A stretch of DNA of 64,000 bases, taken from the NCBI GenBank assembly GCA_013265495.1, contig MU057701.1, positions 1,302,001 to 1,366,000 on the forward strand, written 5' to 3'. This stretch comes from Vicugna vicugna (lineage: Eukaryota). This document shows, piece after piece, positions 1 to 12,711 of this stretch (its first letter is position 1; each line of letters opens with the position of its first letter). The position numbers and the translations under genes are program-made. Below the pieces are notes generated by a model. The model had not been told where the DNA came from. It made no database searches and saw only the letters and a program-made list of their open reading frames with translations.

Positions 1-300
1 AGAGGCCCCGGGGTGAAATAGCTGGCCCTGGCCCCAAGGCCCAGGGTGGTGGGGCAGGGATTCGAAGCAGGGTGCCTGGCTGCAGAGCGATTCTCTTTAC
101 CAGCCTCTTGTTTGCTCTGTGTTGCCAAGCCAACTGGTTTCCACTTTATCATCAGCCTAATTGGAGGTTTCAATTCTGTCTGCTTTGGAAGTTAAGAGTA
201 ACAGCCTGGTATGGTCTGGGTGACCCTGGCGAGTCATGAAGCCTCTCGGGACCTCAGTCACCTTCTCTGTTGAATGAAAGGCATAGGCTGGAATCTAGGT

Positions 301-447
301 CAAGGTTCTCCAAGTTTGTTAAAATACAGGTGGTTTGACACCACCTCTGACACCGGTCTGGAGTGGGCTGAGAATTTGCATGTCTAACAAATTCCCGTGT
401 GCTGCTGCTGCTGCTTTTGGTCTGGGAACATACTTTTAGAACCACTT
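301..447. mobile_element. MER5A-like hAT DNA transposon fossil
   Basis: ctgagaatttgcatgtctaacaaattccc...gctgctg..ggtctgggaacatacttttagaaccact. Confidence 0.7.
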
Positions 448-542
448 TCTAGATGCTCTGAGTTCTGCTCTGCTTCTTGTTTGAAGGGGTAGAGTTGTTC
501 TTACTCCCCAGCAATCGGAGGGATTGCTCCAGATTGGCCAGC

Positions 543-556
543 AGAGAGAGAGAGAG

Positions 557-589
<33 letters not shown>
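543..589. repeat. Compound microsatellite (AG)9(TG)14
   Basis: Directly visible. Confidence 0.97.
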
Positions 590-590
<1 letters not shown>

Positions 591-974
591 GAGGGGAGGG
601 TGGGACCCACAATAAAAAAATGGCTTCCCTCCTCAGCTGTACACTCTTCCCCACCTTGACTTCGCAGTTCCCCACTGTCTTCCAACAAGCAGCACTTGAG
701 GGCTGGCTATTTTGGGAAATGGCTCACAGGGCGTAGCTCTGGCTCTTCAACCCCCTTTTCCCCTGAGTAATACAAAGGAAAACTGCTCCTCCAGATAAGC
801 AAAAGGGCATCAGCTGGCCTGCTTCCGAGGAGCAGCCTGAGGGGGGGCTCTGAGAAGGACCAGGGCCCCGGCAACGGTGTTGGGGGCTGCCAGCTGAGGA
901 TGTCGGGGATCCTGTTGGCCGTGGGAGGCAGCAGGTCTCTGCAATCTTAGCTTTAGGCTCTAAGCTCAGCTTTT

Positions 975-1205
975 TTTTTTTTTAACTGTGGTAAAATATA
1001 CATAGCATTTGCTTTTTTAACCATTTTTAAGCGTATGTTTCTGTAACACCAAGTATATTCACACCAGCATCACCATCAGATGATCCAACTCTAGAACTTT
1101 TCATCTTTCCAGACTGATATTCCTACCAATTAAATGATAGTTCCTCACACCCCCCAGCCCCTGGTAACGACCGTTTTACTCTGTGTCTCTGTGAATTTGA
1201 CTATG
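975..1205 (-). mobile_element. L1M 3' end fragment
   Basis: tgtggtaaaatatacata...ttaaccatttttaag...ccccagcccctggtaac...tctctgtgaatttgacta. Confidence 0.75.
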
Positions 1206-2789
1206 TTCAGCTTTTTAATCTGTCAAATTAGATGGTTGAATGAATGAGTTTAAGTTGCCTTTCAGTCATAACATTCTGAGAGTCTCCAGTGTCCTGGCAT
1301 TTGGAAGCAATGCTCATTTGTCTTTGCCTTGGTCACCCCAGACCTGTGCCTCTGATCTGTTTGTTGCAGGGGCAGGGAGTCGGTCACTTCTAAGAGTCAC
1401 TCCCCAGGTCCCTTGGAGCCAGTCCTAATCTTTTACGCACCCTTGACTCCAGAGTTTTCCCTTCAAATCTGAATAAAGTCCTGGATCCCAGAGGCTGCAT
1501 CCATGTCAGTCAGAGGCCAGCCTGGACGGTTCTTGAAACTGCAGACCTAGTGGAAAATAGCCTAAGCAGGAGACCTGGGGTTTGGTCTCAGCTCTGCTCT
1601 TGTCAGGTTCTAAGCCTTGGCCCCACCCCTCACTTCTCTGTCAGGCATTAGTTTTCTCACTAATTCTCAATAAAATGCCCTCAGCCTCTGGGATTGCTGC
1701 AGGGTGAACACCTTGGTGTTCCTGGGGTGCACGTGGTCCTTGAGTGGACAGGGGCTGCGGTGGCAGCTAGGTTCTATAAAACGGGAAGGAGGGAGGCATC
1801 TCTTCCAATTCAGTCTCTCCCGCTGGGTCTTGGCCACGGTCAGACGTGTCTGCTCTTCTGTTTGGAGCCCATTTTGTCGACATACAGCTGAGCTAACATC
1901 TCCTCATCCCAGCAGTTAACTTAGTCTAAGGCGAGGAAACCTCTCGACCTTTGAGCTTCTTTGCTTTCCAGCTGTTAGACGATTCTTTGCTATGTGTCCC
2001 CTGCCTCTTAGGGAGGGAAGGAGAGGGTTTCTCAGAACTAGAAAGACTTGATCAGAAAGACACCAAATTGAGGGAGACCTAAGGAGACAAGAGAGCAAGT
2101 CCTGGGACACAGCCAGGATGGGCGGAGAAAGAGTTTCTGCCTCTCCGTAAACTTCGGGTTTCCTAGGGAAAGGGGAAAATGCTGACACTCTTACCATTTA
2201 GATCTGTAAGCTTAGCATTTGAGGTTTTTTTTTTTAAAGTTCTCATTCCCTTTTCACTTATTGGCCTGAGGTTAGGATTTGCAAGGCCCAGTGGCTGTGC
2301 TCTGGGTCACAGGCCCGCCTGCAGTCAAACGCCCGCCCCCGGCCCCTGCAAGCTGTCTTCCTCCTCCGACGGGTGCTGACTACTCGAAGGGAAGGCTTGA
2401 GATTTTCTTTTCCTTGCCCTTGTTCTCCTAGTCCTCACCTAGTGACATGGCTGAAAGGGAGACATTGTGGCTGGGTAGAGAGCCCCTCCGAGAAGTCACG
2501 GTTATCTGTGCCTCACAGTGTCCTTGTCAGCTTCTCAGCCTAGTTTAGGCTTGTGTGCTTGGCTAGCCAGGATCTTCACTCTGATTCAGTACTGGTTTTA
2601 TAGTACTCCAGCTTATCCTGAAAGTCCTTTATAAAACAGTTTGCAGTTCATCCAAAGCATAACTTGTTAACATATACACTGTTTACAACAGAAGGGTAAA
2701 GTGGTTTATCATAATTAATTGGCAACTCAGTCAAGTTCTTCCCTATGAAAGAACTCAGGTCTAGGATAAGAGTTCCAGAGTTTAGAGCT

Positions 2790-2990
2790 GTTGTCCTCAG
2801 TGCAAGAGGCATTTGGTAATGTCTAGAGACAGTTTGGGTTGTCATAATTTGAGGGGCAGGAGGGGTGCTACTGCATCGAATGGGTGGAGGCCAGGGATGC
2901 TGTTAAACATCCTGCAAGGCACAGGACAGCCCCCACGAGGAAGGATTATCCAGCCCAGAATGTCAACAGTGACTGTGTTAAGAAACTTAG
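2790..2990. mobile_element. MER20 hAT fossil
   Basis: catttggtaatgtctagagaca..gttgtca...gaggccagggatgctgttaaacatcct...cacaggacagccccc. Confidence 0.8.
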
Positions 2991-4068
2991 GTTTGGAGGA
3001 ATTCACCTCCTGTGATTCCTCCAAGACGAGAGCTGGTGTTCCTCCCTAGATGCCCTGTGCCCACCTGGGAGGGGTCCTGGGCACGTCCCACCTGACAGCT
3101 CATGGCTCTGGGAAGAGACACCGAGTCCTGCTCCAGACACTAACCCATGTCCATTGGGTCAGATGGGGCCCACCTTCACCACAGCCTCCCTCTTCTGCTT
3201 TCTCTTTGCCTGGAATTCAGACTTCTAGGATGCTTCTTAAGGGAGCCAAGGAGTGGGGTGGTTGTGGAGAAAGGACCAAAGAGCAGAGGGTCCCTCTGCT
3301 GTGTCCCCTCTGGGAGGGAAGGAAGAGCACTTGAGGGCCCGTCCCCTCCCATCCTGCAAGGACCGGAGCCAGCCACGCCATCAGGTACTGCCAGCCCTGC
3401 CCTTGGGGTGGAGGCTCCTACTTCAGAGTGCAAGAGGGTAAAACTTACTCCATGGGGGTGGCGGTGGGAGGGTGCTACCCACCGGATTCTATTACCAAAA
3501 AAGAAACAAACCAAGTGCTGTGCGTCACTCAGAGCACCATCAGAATCATCAGCGTACTCGGGTTTTCTGTTCTGTGTCCATATCACTTTAGGACACGCAG
3601 CCTTTTCCTCTTGTGTCTGATTCTGGAGCCCTAGGGGCTTTGGAGGAGTGGGAAGCACTGGACCCTTTGGGTCCTCCCAGGTCAGATTTGGGTTGGGGGT
3701 GGGACGCTGCCCGAGGCCTCACTCAATGTGTGGAAGTTTACACAATGGCTGGACTTCTTGGTTGGGCTGATTCATCCATTTGGCCTTTGACGCCTGCCTG
3801 TGGCCCAGCCAGGACAGAAGGGGGCCCCTGAGGAACTTCTGGCCCTGGTCCCTCTAGAGGAGTCGCACAATGGGGCTGTGATAAGACAGGGTTTGAGGAG
3901 GAAGTGGACTGGTGGAAACAGGATATTTTTAAACTAGAGAAAGAAACAAGGTTGTGACTCCCGTTGTGACAGCTGAGCCCTGAGATTCAGGAGGGACTGG
4001 GTTTGAGCTTGGGTGCTGAGTAGAAACTGAGGGCCCTTGGATTGTGTCTCTCAAGTAAGACTGAGTAT

Positions 4069-4090
4069 GTGGTGGTGGTGGTGGTGGTGG
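4069..4090. repeat. (GGT)n microsatellite
   Basis: Directly visible, about 7 units. Confidence 0.9.
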
Positions 4091-5255
4091 GTTTAGGGCC
4101 CTCCACCAACTTCAAGGACAGCAGTCACTCCCAATACCCTCATCTCCTCTCGGGCCTTCCGCAGGCTTCTCTGTCTTCAGGTCCATGCCCATAATGGGCT
4201 ATTTAGGGAATCAGCCACTCCCCATTCAGAAACTCTGCTATCAGTAAGGACCTGGTCCTGTCCAAGGGGCAGATCACAACCCCTCTTTCCTCTTGTAGTG
4301 AAAACCATCTCTTACTAATACAACTGGAGGGTCACTCACCGTCCACACAGTGTCTCCTGTTCTCGTTGGCCTTTCTCACCCTCACTCTCATCTTCTGGAC
4401 ATCCTCTGCCACCATCACAGTCTGGCAGGGCCACCAGTCTGAGCATGCCCTCTGCCATGAAGATGCTGTGGTCTCCAGATAGTCAAGATGAGGCTTCCCA
4501 CAGAAAGGGGATGTATGCTTGGACCGTATATACCAAGGGCGTCGGCCATGTTTGTGCCTTCTGTTCCACTGACCCCACTCCTGGGAATAGACTAACTTGT
4601 GTGAAATATGGAAGTAGCTTTGTTCCCAAAGAGGGTACTGGCAGTATTTTTTAAAATAGCAAAACCTTGGAAAGAACCTAAATTTTTAAGTAAGGAGCTG
4701 GTTAAGTAAACAGTTGCACATCCACTGAATGATTATTACGCAACTACTAACAATTATGTTTAAGAAGGTACCAGAAAATGTTTAAAAGAAGTGAAAAAGA
4801 TAGACTATAAAATGGCATAGACTGTGTTCTTATAACCCACCCCCCCCCAAAAAAAAAACTCTGCTCTTAATGGAAAATAACTGGAAGACATTTCAGTCAA
4901 CAGTGGAACCAGAGATAATTTTCACCTACTTTCTACTTTTCTGTAGTTTTCAGGGGTTTTTTCCTAAAATAACATATGCTATTAGCTTTTTTCAAAAACT
5001 GCTTAAAATGTCAAATGAGCTGCCAGGGACTTAATGTGCTTGTCATAGGGAGCTATAGGGCCCAGGGAGGCAGTCTGTGGGCAAAGGAGTCATAAGCCAG
5101 TGCGCTCCGTAAGTTTGAGGGTCTGGCGTCTGCTGCACCGCCGCCCCCTCCCTCCCTCTTCCACGTGCTTAGCCCCTGAGGTTGGGGGTGAGGGGAGCCT
5201 AACTCGTGTTCTTCTCTTCGTATTGCTCACCTCCATGTTGTCTTTTGTTTTGCAG

Positions 5256-5278
5256 ATTTCGTGGAAAACAGATATTCT
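5256..5278 (+). CDS. PECAM1: PECAM1 (CD31) 23-nt penultimate exon (human exon 15 equivalent), cytoplasmic tail, (D)FVENRYS
   Basis: Acceptor tcttttgttttgcag, exon ATTTCGTGGAAAACAGATATTCT, donor gtaagt. Phase-1 start gives DFVENRYS, matching human DAVESRYS, which is also a 23-nt exon. Ends in phase 0 and joins the exon at 10145 in frame. Confidence 0.95.
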
Positions 5279-8200
5279 GTAAGTACACATTTCATATGCA
5301 TTACTTAAAAAAAAATAGTCCATTGAACAGTGAAGTCTTTCCAGATTCACCCAGTACTGCAGCCCCACCAGTTACACCACTGTACTGGCCTCGTCTGTTC
5401 TAGACCAGGAGTCTGGGCTCCTCTTGACCAGCCAGGTTTTCTAGCCCACTTGTGATTTTGAAATTCCCTCCCGCTGTTTCCGTCATTACATCTCCATGCA
5501 CGCGTGAAGGGAGACCCGGGAAATCCCCCCTAGGATGAGGAGTCCAGGGCACTTAGTTCCCAGTGACCGAGTCCACATTTCCTCCGAGTCCAGGGCTCAG
5601 TCTTGGGAGGTGAGGCAGACTCGGGGATGTGCCTGGAGACATCAAGCATCCAACAGCTCATTTCAAGTCTGAGAGCCAGTCACCCTCACGCACCAGGCTG
5701 TCTGCTGCCGGGGACACTCAAGGTCTTGGACCCAATGAGGGAGTCAGATGTGTTCTCACTGATGGGAAAGCAAAGTGATAGCAGCTACACCAGAGACCAT
5801 GGGAACAGAGGAGAGAGGTGCTTCATCTTGCCAGGACAGCGGTCTCTGCACAAGGGAGGGGTCCCTTGGCTGGGCCAGGAAGAATGAGTCGTTTACGGCA
5901 GCATCCAGGTGGAAAGATCAGCCGGGGCAGAGGCATGAGGAATGGGGCCGTTGTAGCAGCTCAGAGAGGGAGCAGACAAGGTGCTGGCGACAGTTGACAG
6001 GGGAAAGGTGAGTCAGGGCTTGCTTGGGAAGGACTCCCACACCTCATTATGAGGTTTCATTCAGTGGGAAATAGAGGATTTAGGCAACTGATACTGTTTA
6101 AAAGAAATACAGAGATCCAAGTTTTGCAAAGACCCATCTTCCCCATCTTCCTACTCCCAACTTTTTTATGAGCTACCCAGCAATGCAGGAGTTAACTAAC
6201 TGGGCTGCTAGCATCTTAAGAAACAAGGAGTTTTGTCTCTCCAACTGCTTCTTTAAGGTCTGAGAAGAACTTGCAGCAAGCTTGCTGGTAGCCCTTGTAG
6301 GGGGCCCCCTGGCTTCCTTTGTTTTGCCTGAGTCTGAATTCTTGTAAAACAGAAAACTTATTATGTCTTTGACAGACAGGAAGCCGCTGACATTCTTTTT
6401 ATGGAGGAAGGCTATCAATTTCAGGAAAAGAGGAATGAAACAAATGTCTTTCCCTAGCCTAAGCCTACCTAGACTTCTGAAATCAGAAACTGTTGCATTG
6501 GAAAGACGGGGGGCCCAGTTTATAGGTGAGAAAACCAAGGCCTGAATTTGGCAGAACAGCTTGCCCAGGGTCACCCAGCTTGTGAATAGCAGAGCCAAGA
6601 CCAGAACCTAGGCCTCCAGACTCCCGGCCAGTCCACAACACGAGACTCCCTCCAAGAAGTGATGTCACTGACCCAGCCACCTTGGCCCGGAGAGAGTGGA
6701 AAGTGAGAACTTGGCTCCGAGGGCCTGGTGGGACCCAGATAAAGAGATGCTCTCCCGCTGCAATAATCATGGCCATGTCCACCCAAGGCAGGTCTGCTGG
6801 ACCTGCAGGACCGACTTATTTACTTTGTCTTCGATCCAAATGGTCTCTGTGGACAAAGGCTCCGAGCTCCAGAACAGACAGAACTTTCCCTTTCCCTAGT
6901 ATCTGGCCTGTGAGCCCAGGAGTCTGCCCCTGAGAGCTCACCCACGGCTGCTCCTGCCCCCAAAAGAGTAAAGCCTTTTGGCGGGAACATGGGTTCCCAG
7001 CCGTTGGGAAAGGAATTTTGAATCTTTAAGCAAATGCATTTTGTTTGTAAAAGAAGCAAGTATAGTTTCCCTAATAATCAGCTGGTGAGGGTCAAGAGAA
7101 AATTAGTTGAATTGCCCAGCAGGGAAATGGGAGGGGATTTCCTTCCTGAAATCAAACCTGGCAATCATTCCCAGTTGTTTAATGGCCGTTGCTTCTGAAA
7201 ACATATTGGAGGAAATATCTTAACAATGAGATAGCCACTTAGCCAAATACTAATTTAGTATTGTTTGACTTGCTTCAATGGCACATTCTGACTTCATTTT
7301 TCCTCTGCCATTTTTGCCTTGTTTATAAATCATGTTTGTGGCCCAGGCAGACAGATAACGTGAAAGAGAACACCCTGTTCCTAAATGAAAGGGATGGATC
7401 TGGACCTGTGTGGGTCTCAGGATCTTGGAGAGAACTTGACTTCTTGCTGAAAAAAAGGCAATTCCTAGTTACCACTGTCCCCCTTGCCTCCTGGGAGCCA
7501 GCAGTCAGCTGGGCTGCAGTGGGAACAGCCCTGGGGTGGGGATCGAGAGGCTGGGGCGTGAGTTCCAGCTCTCCAGCCAAGCCTAAGCTTCCCCGTCTGT
7601 AAAATGGAGACGATGATGACAACAACAAAAATAATATTTGCCTATTAAGGAGGGTCTTAAGGGGTAAATGAGAAACACATGTGCAAAGTGCTGTGCAGAC
7701 TGCAAACGACCGGAGAAAAGCTAATTGATTATCTGCTTTAAAGTTCTTTTCCTCAAACACTCTAGCAGTGTGGAGCATGGATGGGGAATTTGCTTCCCTT
7801 GGTCCTGAAATGCCCCCTGTCACATGAGAGGAACGTAGCAGTTGCTTAACTAAAACACCAGATTCAACCATAGCCAAGCTTTGACTTAGGAAGCGGGACC
7901 CACGTTAAACGTGTTGGCTTTTCCGTGACAGCTGTTTTATTAGACATGTCACTTCAGACAGATCTCCTAACCTCTCGGGGCCTAGGTTTCCTCATCTGTA
8001 AACTGGAGGCAATAAAGCCCTCTCTCACTTGGCTGTTGCAAGGACTAGGTGAGCCCCCATCACAGATCTGGTTTATTGGAAGTGCTCAGAAGGAGCACAT
8101 TCTAGAAGCAGGAAGTCAAGCTCCCAGGAGAGTTAGAGGCACAATGACCTTTGAGAGTGTTCACACCATGTTCTGGCCAGAAGTGGGGCAGTTTCTTGGC

Positions 8201-9149
8201 TGTACTTGGGTGCCTGACGGCTGGGCTCTGATTTAAACACAGGCAAGCACAGGCTTCAGAATGCCAAGGCTCAGATGACTGTGGCCCAGCCCTTCCCATC
8301 TATGGTGCTGGTCCTGTGGCAGCTCCCCCAGCAATCACTTCCCCTGGAGAGGGAGAGCGGAGGTGTCTGGGGACGGACTTAGTCTGGAGCCTGCAGGAAG
8401 GCTGGACACCAGTGTCACCCCTCCAGGCGGAGTGGAGGAAATGGAGCGAGGGTAGCTGACAGAGCTGGCAGGGCTCCAGCCCCCCAGGGCCAGCACAGCT
8501 CTCTTAGCCTGCCTGCCTGGGTCTCTCCTTGGCCTTCCAGCTGGAGCCCCACGGACCTGTATCCTGTTCCAAGAGGCTCCTCAGACCCAGCAGGACCAGA
8601 ACAAAACAGGGACTCTGTCTCAGCCAACCCTCAGAGGGACTAACAGCGTGGCTAGTGGGGCTCCTAAGACCCTGGCCAGTCCCCGCAACTTCTGCCCCTG
8701 CCTCCCTGTGTTCCACCTGCAGCAGGGCGCCCCGTGCTCACAGAGAGTCCAGAGTCATAGACTCTTCTGGACTCATGGTTGCTCAGGGCCCCTCTACTCT
8801 GGTACTTCCCGGCATGCTTCACTCTTGCCCCCTTGCTCCCTCCATATGTCAAAATCCACCCCAGCTTGGAGGCCGGCTCCAGAGTCCCTTCCCCGAAGCC
8901 CAGCCAGGTCCTCTCACAACCTCTGAACCCCTTCGTGGTTTGTTAGGAGCTCTTCCACCTTCTACTTCATAGTAGCATTGCTTGTCAACAATCGATAGGA
9001 TATAAAATTCTCGGGGACATGTTCTTGCATCCTCAACAGAGAGAACAGTGCCCGGGTCACATGGGGGTCCAGTCACTGATGGGTGCATAGGTGACACAAA
9101 TACCACATGGAGCAGTTAGAGAACTCTACAAGATGGCATATGGAATATT

Positions 9150-9700
9150 TTTTAAATTTTTTTCATTTTTATTGTAGCAAAACATACACAACATGAAATT
9201 TACCATTTTAACCATTTAAAAAATTTTTGGAGGGGGAGGTAATTAGGTTTAATATTTTCATTTATTTTTTAATGGAGGTACTCGGGATTGAACCCAGGAC
9301 CTTGTGCATGCTAAATGCTAAGCATACGCTCTTCCACTGAGCTATACCCGCCCCCCTCATTTTAACTATTTTTAAATGTTCAGTTCAGTGTTCTTAAGTA
9401 CATTCTCATTGTTGTGCAACCATTGCCACCATCCATCCACAGAACTTTTTTTTATCATCCAGACCAAAATTCTGTCCCCTTTAAACCCTAATTCCACATC
9501 CCCTCTTCCTCCCAGAATGGCAGCCACCATTCTACTTCCTGTCCCCGTGAACTTGGCTGTTCTGGGTACCTCATCTAGGTGGAATCATACAACACTCGTT
9601 TCTTTTGTGTCTGGTTTATTTCACGTAGCATAATGTTTTCAAGGTTTATCCATGTTGACATGTATCAGAATTTCATTCCTTTCTGAGGCAGAATCATAGA
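9150..9700 (-). mobile_element. L1MB-like 3' end, split by a SINE
   Basis: aaatttaccattttaacc...cattgttgtgcaacc...ggtacctcat...ggaatcatac...tcaaggtttatccatgtt. Confidence 0.8.
9229..9356 (-). mobile_element. tRNA-derived camelid-type SINE (Vic-1-like) inserted in an L1M fragment
   Basis: Pol III A box (tagctcagtgg) and B box (gggttcaatcc) on the - strand. TSD cattttaac(c/t)attt at 9204-9217 and 9358-9371. Confidence 0.9.
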
Positions 9701-10144
9701 ATTTTAAAACATTTAAGTTTGTCCAATTGAGTTCCCTCCTTCATTCTTGACATTTAAAAGGAGACCTCATGTTAGAGGCAGAGCTGGAGCAAGAAGCCAG
9801 GTCTCTCAACTGTACTCGTCTTCTCCTGTGGGCACATGCGGCACCCACGGGCCCTAGTGCTGGGTGCACATGGGTGCTGGACGAGCCCAGGTTCTAGCCT
9901 GCTGTAAGTGTATATACGGGGAGTGGAGGCTGCAGGCCCTACCGAGCAGGCGTGGCGAGAAGGGGGAAATGAGTGTGGGCAGGAGCTGCCCCCCAGGGTG
10001 GGTGGACCCGCAGATGACAGCCCTGCTCTGCAGTTCCTTTGAGAAGCACAGTCTGCGGTCTGCAGTTTTGCAAATCTTTCCACCAGGCCTGTCTATAATC
10101 CTGGAGTGTGTGACCATAGCTCATCTTGTCTCTTGTCACTGCAG

Positions 10145-10174
10145 AGAACGGAAGCCTCCCTCGATGGAACTTAG
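10145..10174 (+). CDS. PECAM1: PECAM1 last exon (exon 16), coding part RTEASLDGT*
   Basis: Acceptor tcttgtctcttgtcactgcag, then AGA ACG GAA GCC TCC CTC GAT GGA ACT TAG. Human PECAM1 ends RTEGSLDGT. Confidence 0.96.
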   Translation, partial: RTEASLDGT

Positions 10175-11415
10175 GACAGCGAGAGCAGCGCTCCTCCCTG
10201 GGAGGCACCCGCATTCCGAGAAGAGTAGACGATGCCTGTATTCCAAGAGTTCTGTGCACTTATTTATGAACTTGCCCTGCTCCCACTGAACGCAGCAATT
10301 CCTCAGGCCAAGCCACCAGTTCTTAAATCCATCCTAACTACATTCATGCTGGGTACAAAGGGACCATTGAGGGGCTGGTTAATTTCCCACGTGGCCCGCC
10401 TCCCACCAAGTCGGAGCACCCTTGGGAGTGGAGAGCAGCAGCAGGGGGTTCAGAGTAAACCGGCCATTGGGATATTTTGAAACTTGAATATTTTGTCTTG
10501 TACAGATATAAAGACCTTCTCCAGATACCCTCACACACAGAAACCTGTTCCTGTGTTGTAGTCAGTTACGTCTAGGGAACGGCCTGGCTTAGAGGCTGGT
10601 TTTTCTCTTTGCCTTTGGTCCTTCAGAGGTCTGTGGTTCCGGCCAGTCCTTGTTCCTTGGAAGTGCACAGCACGGACCGGACAGTGGCACCCTGTCCCCT
10701 CTGTGACCTCGCCTGCCACAAATGGAAAACAGAGCGGCTTGGGAGCAACCCCTTTGAGATGCCAACTTGAAGACAAGGTTCATTCTGGGCAATGCACCAA
10801 ATAGAAGATGAAGTTGGACAAAGCACAGGTGTTCTTAGGCTGTTTTTCTATTCTCTTTTTTTGTTTCCTCTACCATGCTGAAGGACAGGAAGATGGTCAC
10901 TTCCAGCAAGTATTATTTTTAATAGGAAAATGAAGTGCATATTTTTCTTACTAATTTTTTTTTTATTTATTCCTTGCTGAAGAAATGGTCTCCCTAGGTC
11001 TTCACAGGTTTCTCATGTTGTCTTGAGTGGGTGGACCAGGGGCTGCGGCCATTCTGCAGTGGGATTGCATTAGTGAGCACACGTAACCCAAACCACTTCC
11101 CTTGTCCTCCCCAGCGACACGGTCGCAGGGACCCTGCAGGGTGTTGTATTAAATAAATTTGATCTTTACTCTTCACAGACCTGTGAGATGTCATCTTCTG
11201 AGAGGACACATGCGTACAGAGCACCTGTTGTGCCTGGGGACTCCCTAGACCATTGGAAGTCACAGACAGAAGCAGGCAGGTCCTATCAGCGGGCTGTCTT
11301 GTTCAGGCCAGGGCCTCTGTGCCCTCACTGAAGTCAGAGGTAGTCTGAGTCTCAAACACGGAGTTATTATGGCCACTGGCTGGGGCTTCAGTGTTTGTCT
11401 CCCAGCTGAAGACTG

Positions 11416-11627
11416 CTAGGCTGTTGTCAGACTGAACAGAAAACAATAACCAACACGCCCCAAAACCAGGATGCCCAGTCAAATTTGAATTCCAGATAAA
11501 CAGCAAATAGTTTTTGATTATAACTATGTCCCATGTGACATTTGGGACATACTTACACTATAAAACTATTCCTTTATCTGAAGTTCAGATTTAACTGGGC
11601 ATCTTACATTTCATCTGGTAATCCTAC
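11416..11627. mobile_element. MER53 palindromic MITE
   Basis: Inverted arms gatgcccagtcaaatttgaattccagataaa and tttatctgaagttcagatttaactgggcatc around a central tatgtccca...tgggacata hairpin. Confidence 0.8.
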
Positions 11628-11904
11628 TGGCAAAGCACCCTCCCACCCCTCCAAGCCTCGGGACCCACCCTGCCCTGTGGCCTCAAACCAGACCTCACCG
11701 TCCCACAGGCCAGGTCCCCATGACAGCACCACCCTATTGGGTCTGAAGGCAGAGATCTGAGTGTGGGTCCTGGCTCTGCCAGCTCATAGCTGTAGAAGCT
11801 TGAAGGAGCCTCTTAACCTCTGAGCTTCAGATTCTTCATCTCTAAAATGAAGAGGTTAGACTAATGGTTCTTAATGTTTGGAGGCTTCAGCCTTCTTTCA
11901 GAAT

Positions 11905-11983
11905 ATGTATGACTGAAACAGTATGCTGTACACCAGAAACTGACACAACATTGTAAACTGACTTTAATTCAGTTTTAAAAAAT
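11905..11983 (+). mobile_element. Very short L1 3' tail
   Basis: atgtatgactgaaac..tatgctgtacaccagaaactgacacaacattgtaaactgact, then A-rich. Confidence 0.7.
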
Positions 11984-12711
11984 GATGGAAGGTATGGGCA
12001 CACACAATGTTGTATCACAGACATGTTATAGTTTCCCAGTTTTGAGGGCCATGGACTTAGGGTGGAGACAAAGTGTTAGACAATCTCTAACAACCTTAGT
12101 CTGACAGTCGACAGTCGATGGTTTCGTGAGAGCCCAGAGTCCCCGTGTCAGCTGCTCAGTCCATTGCTGCCACACCAGAGCAGGGCCATTTCTGTGAGAG
12201 CTGGGAAGACCCTGTTTGTACTCCTTATGGCTTATTTTTTATGGAGCATAAGTGGGTCTTTAATTATATTCCCCTTGGTCTTTATATGTCTGTGGAGGAA
12301 ACCCCATAAACAGGGGTCTTTGAGTAGATTTAATGGCTAAGAGCCTCTCTAAACCCAGGATCCTGGTTCTGCTGTCCTAACCCAATGACATCAGCAAGCA
12401 CCTAAGCCCCAGCTCATCACTTAACAGGAGCGACCGTCCGTCACCACTTCCAGGAGTGGACATTTTCTCCGCCGTAGAGCTTGTTAGAGCGTCCCCTCGT
12501 GTCCTCACGTTGTAATCGATCATGAAAGACTAGACCACTTAGAACGCACACAGTGGAATTTTTTCCCCTCTCCTGAGGAGCCACAAGAGGTCAGCCACCC
12601 AGTTCATAAATACTGAGCGCTCCATCAGCATGAGCTGATTAACTGAACCCTCAGTCCCTGACAGACTCACGATGGGTGAAGTGGCTCCAAGATCAACATT
12701 CATTCATTCAA

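Noticed and set aside
1..5255. PECAM1 ITIM-bearing exons 13 and 14
   Set aside because: No VQYTEV- or TVYSE-encoding exon found; they should lie upstream of the window, so this is not evidence of loss.
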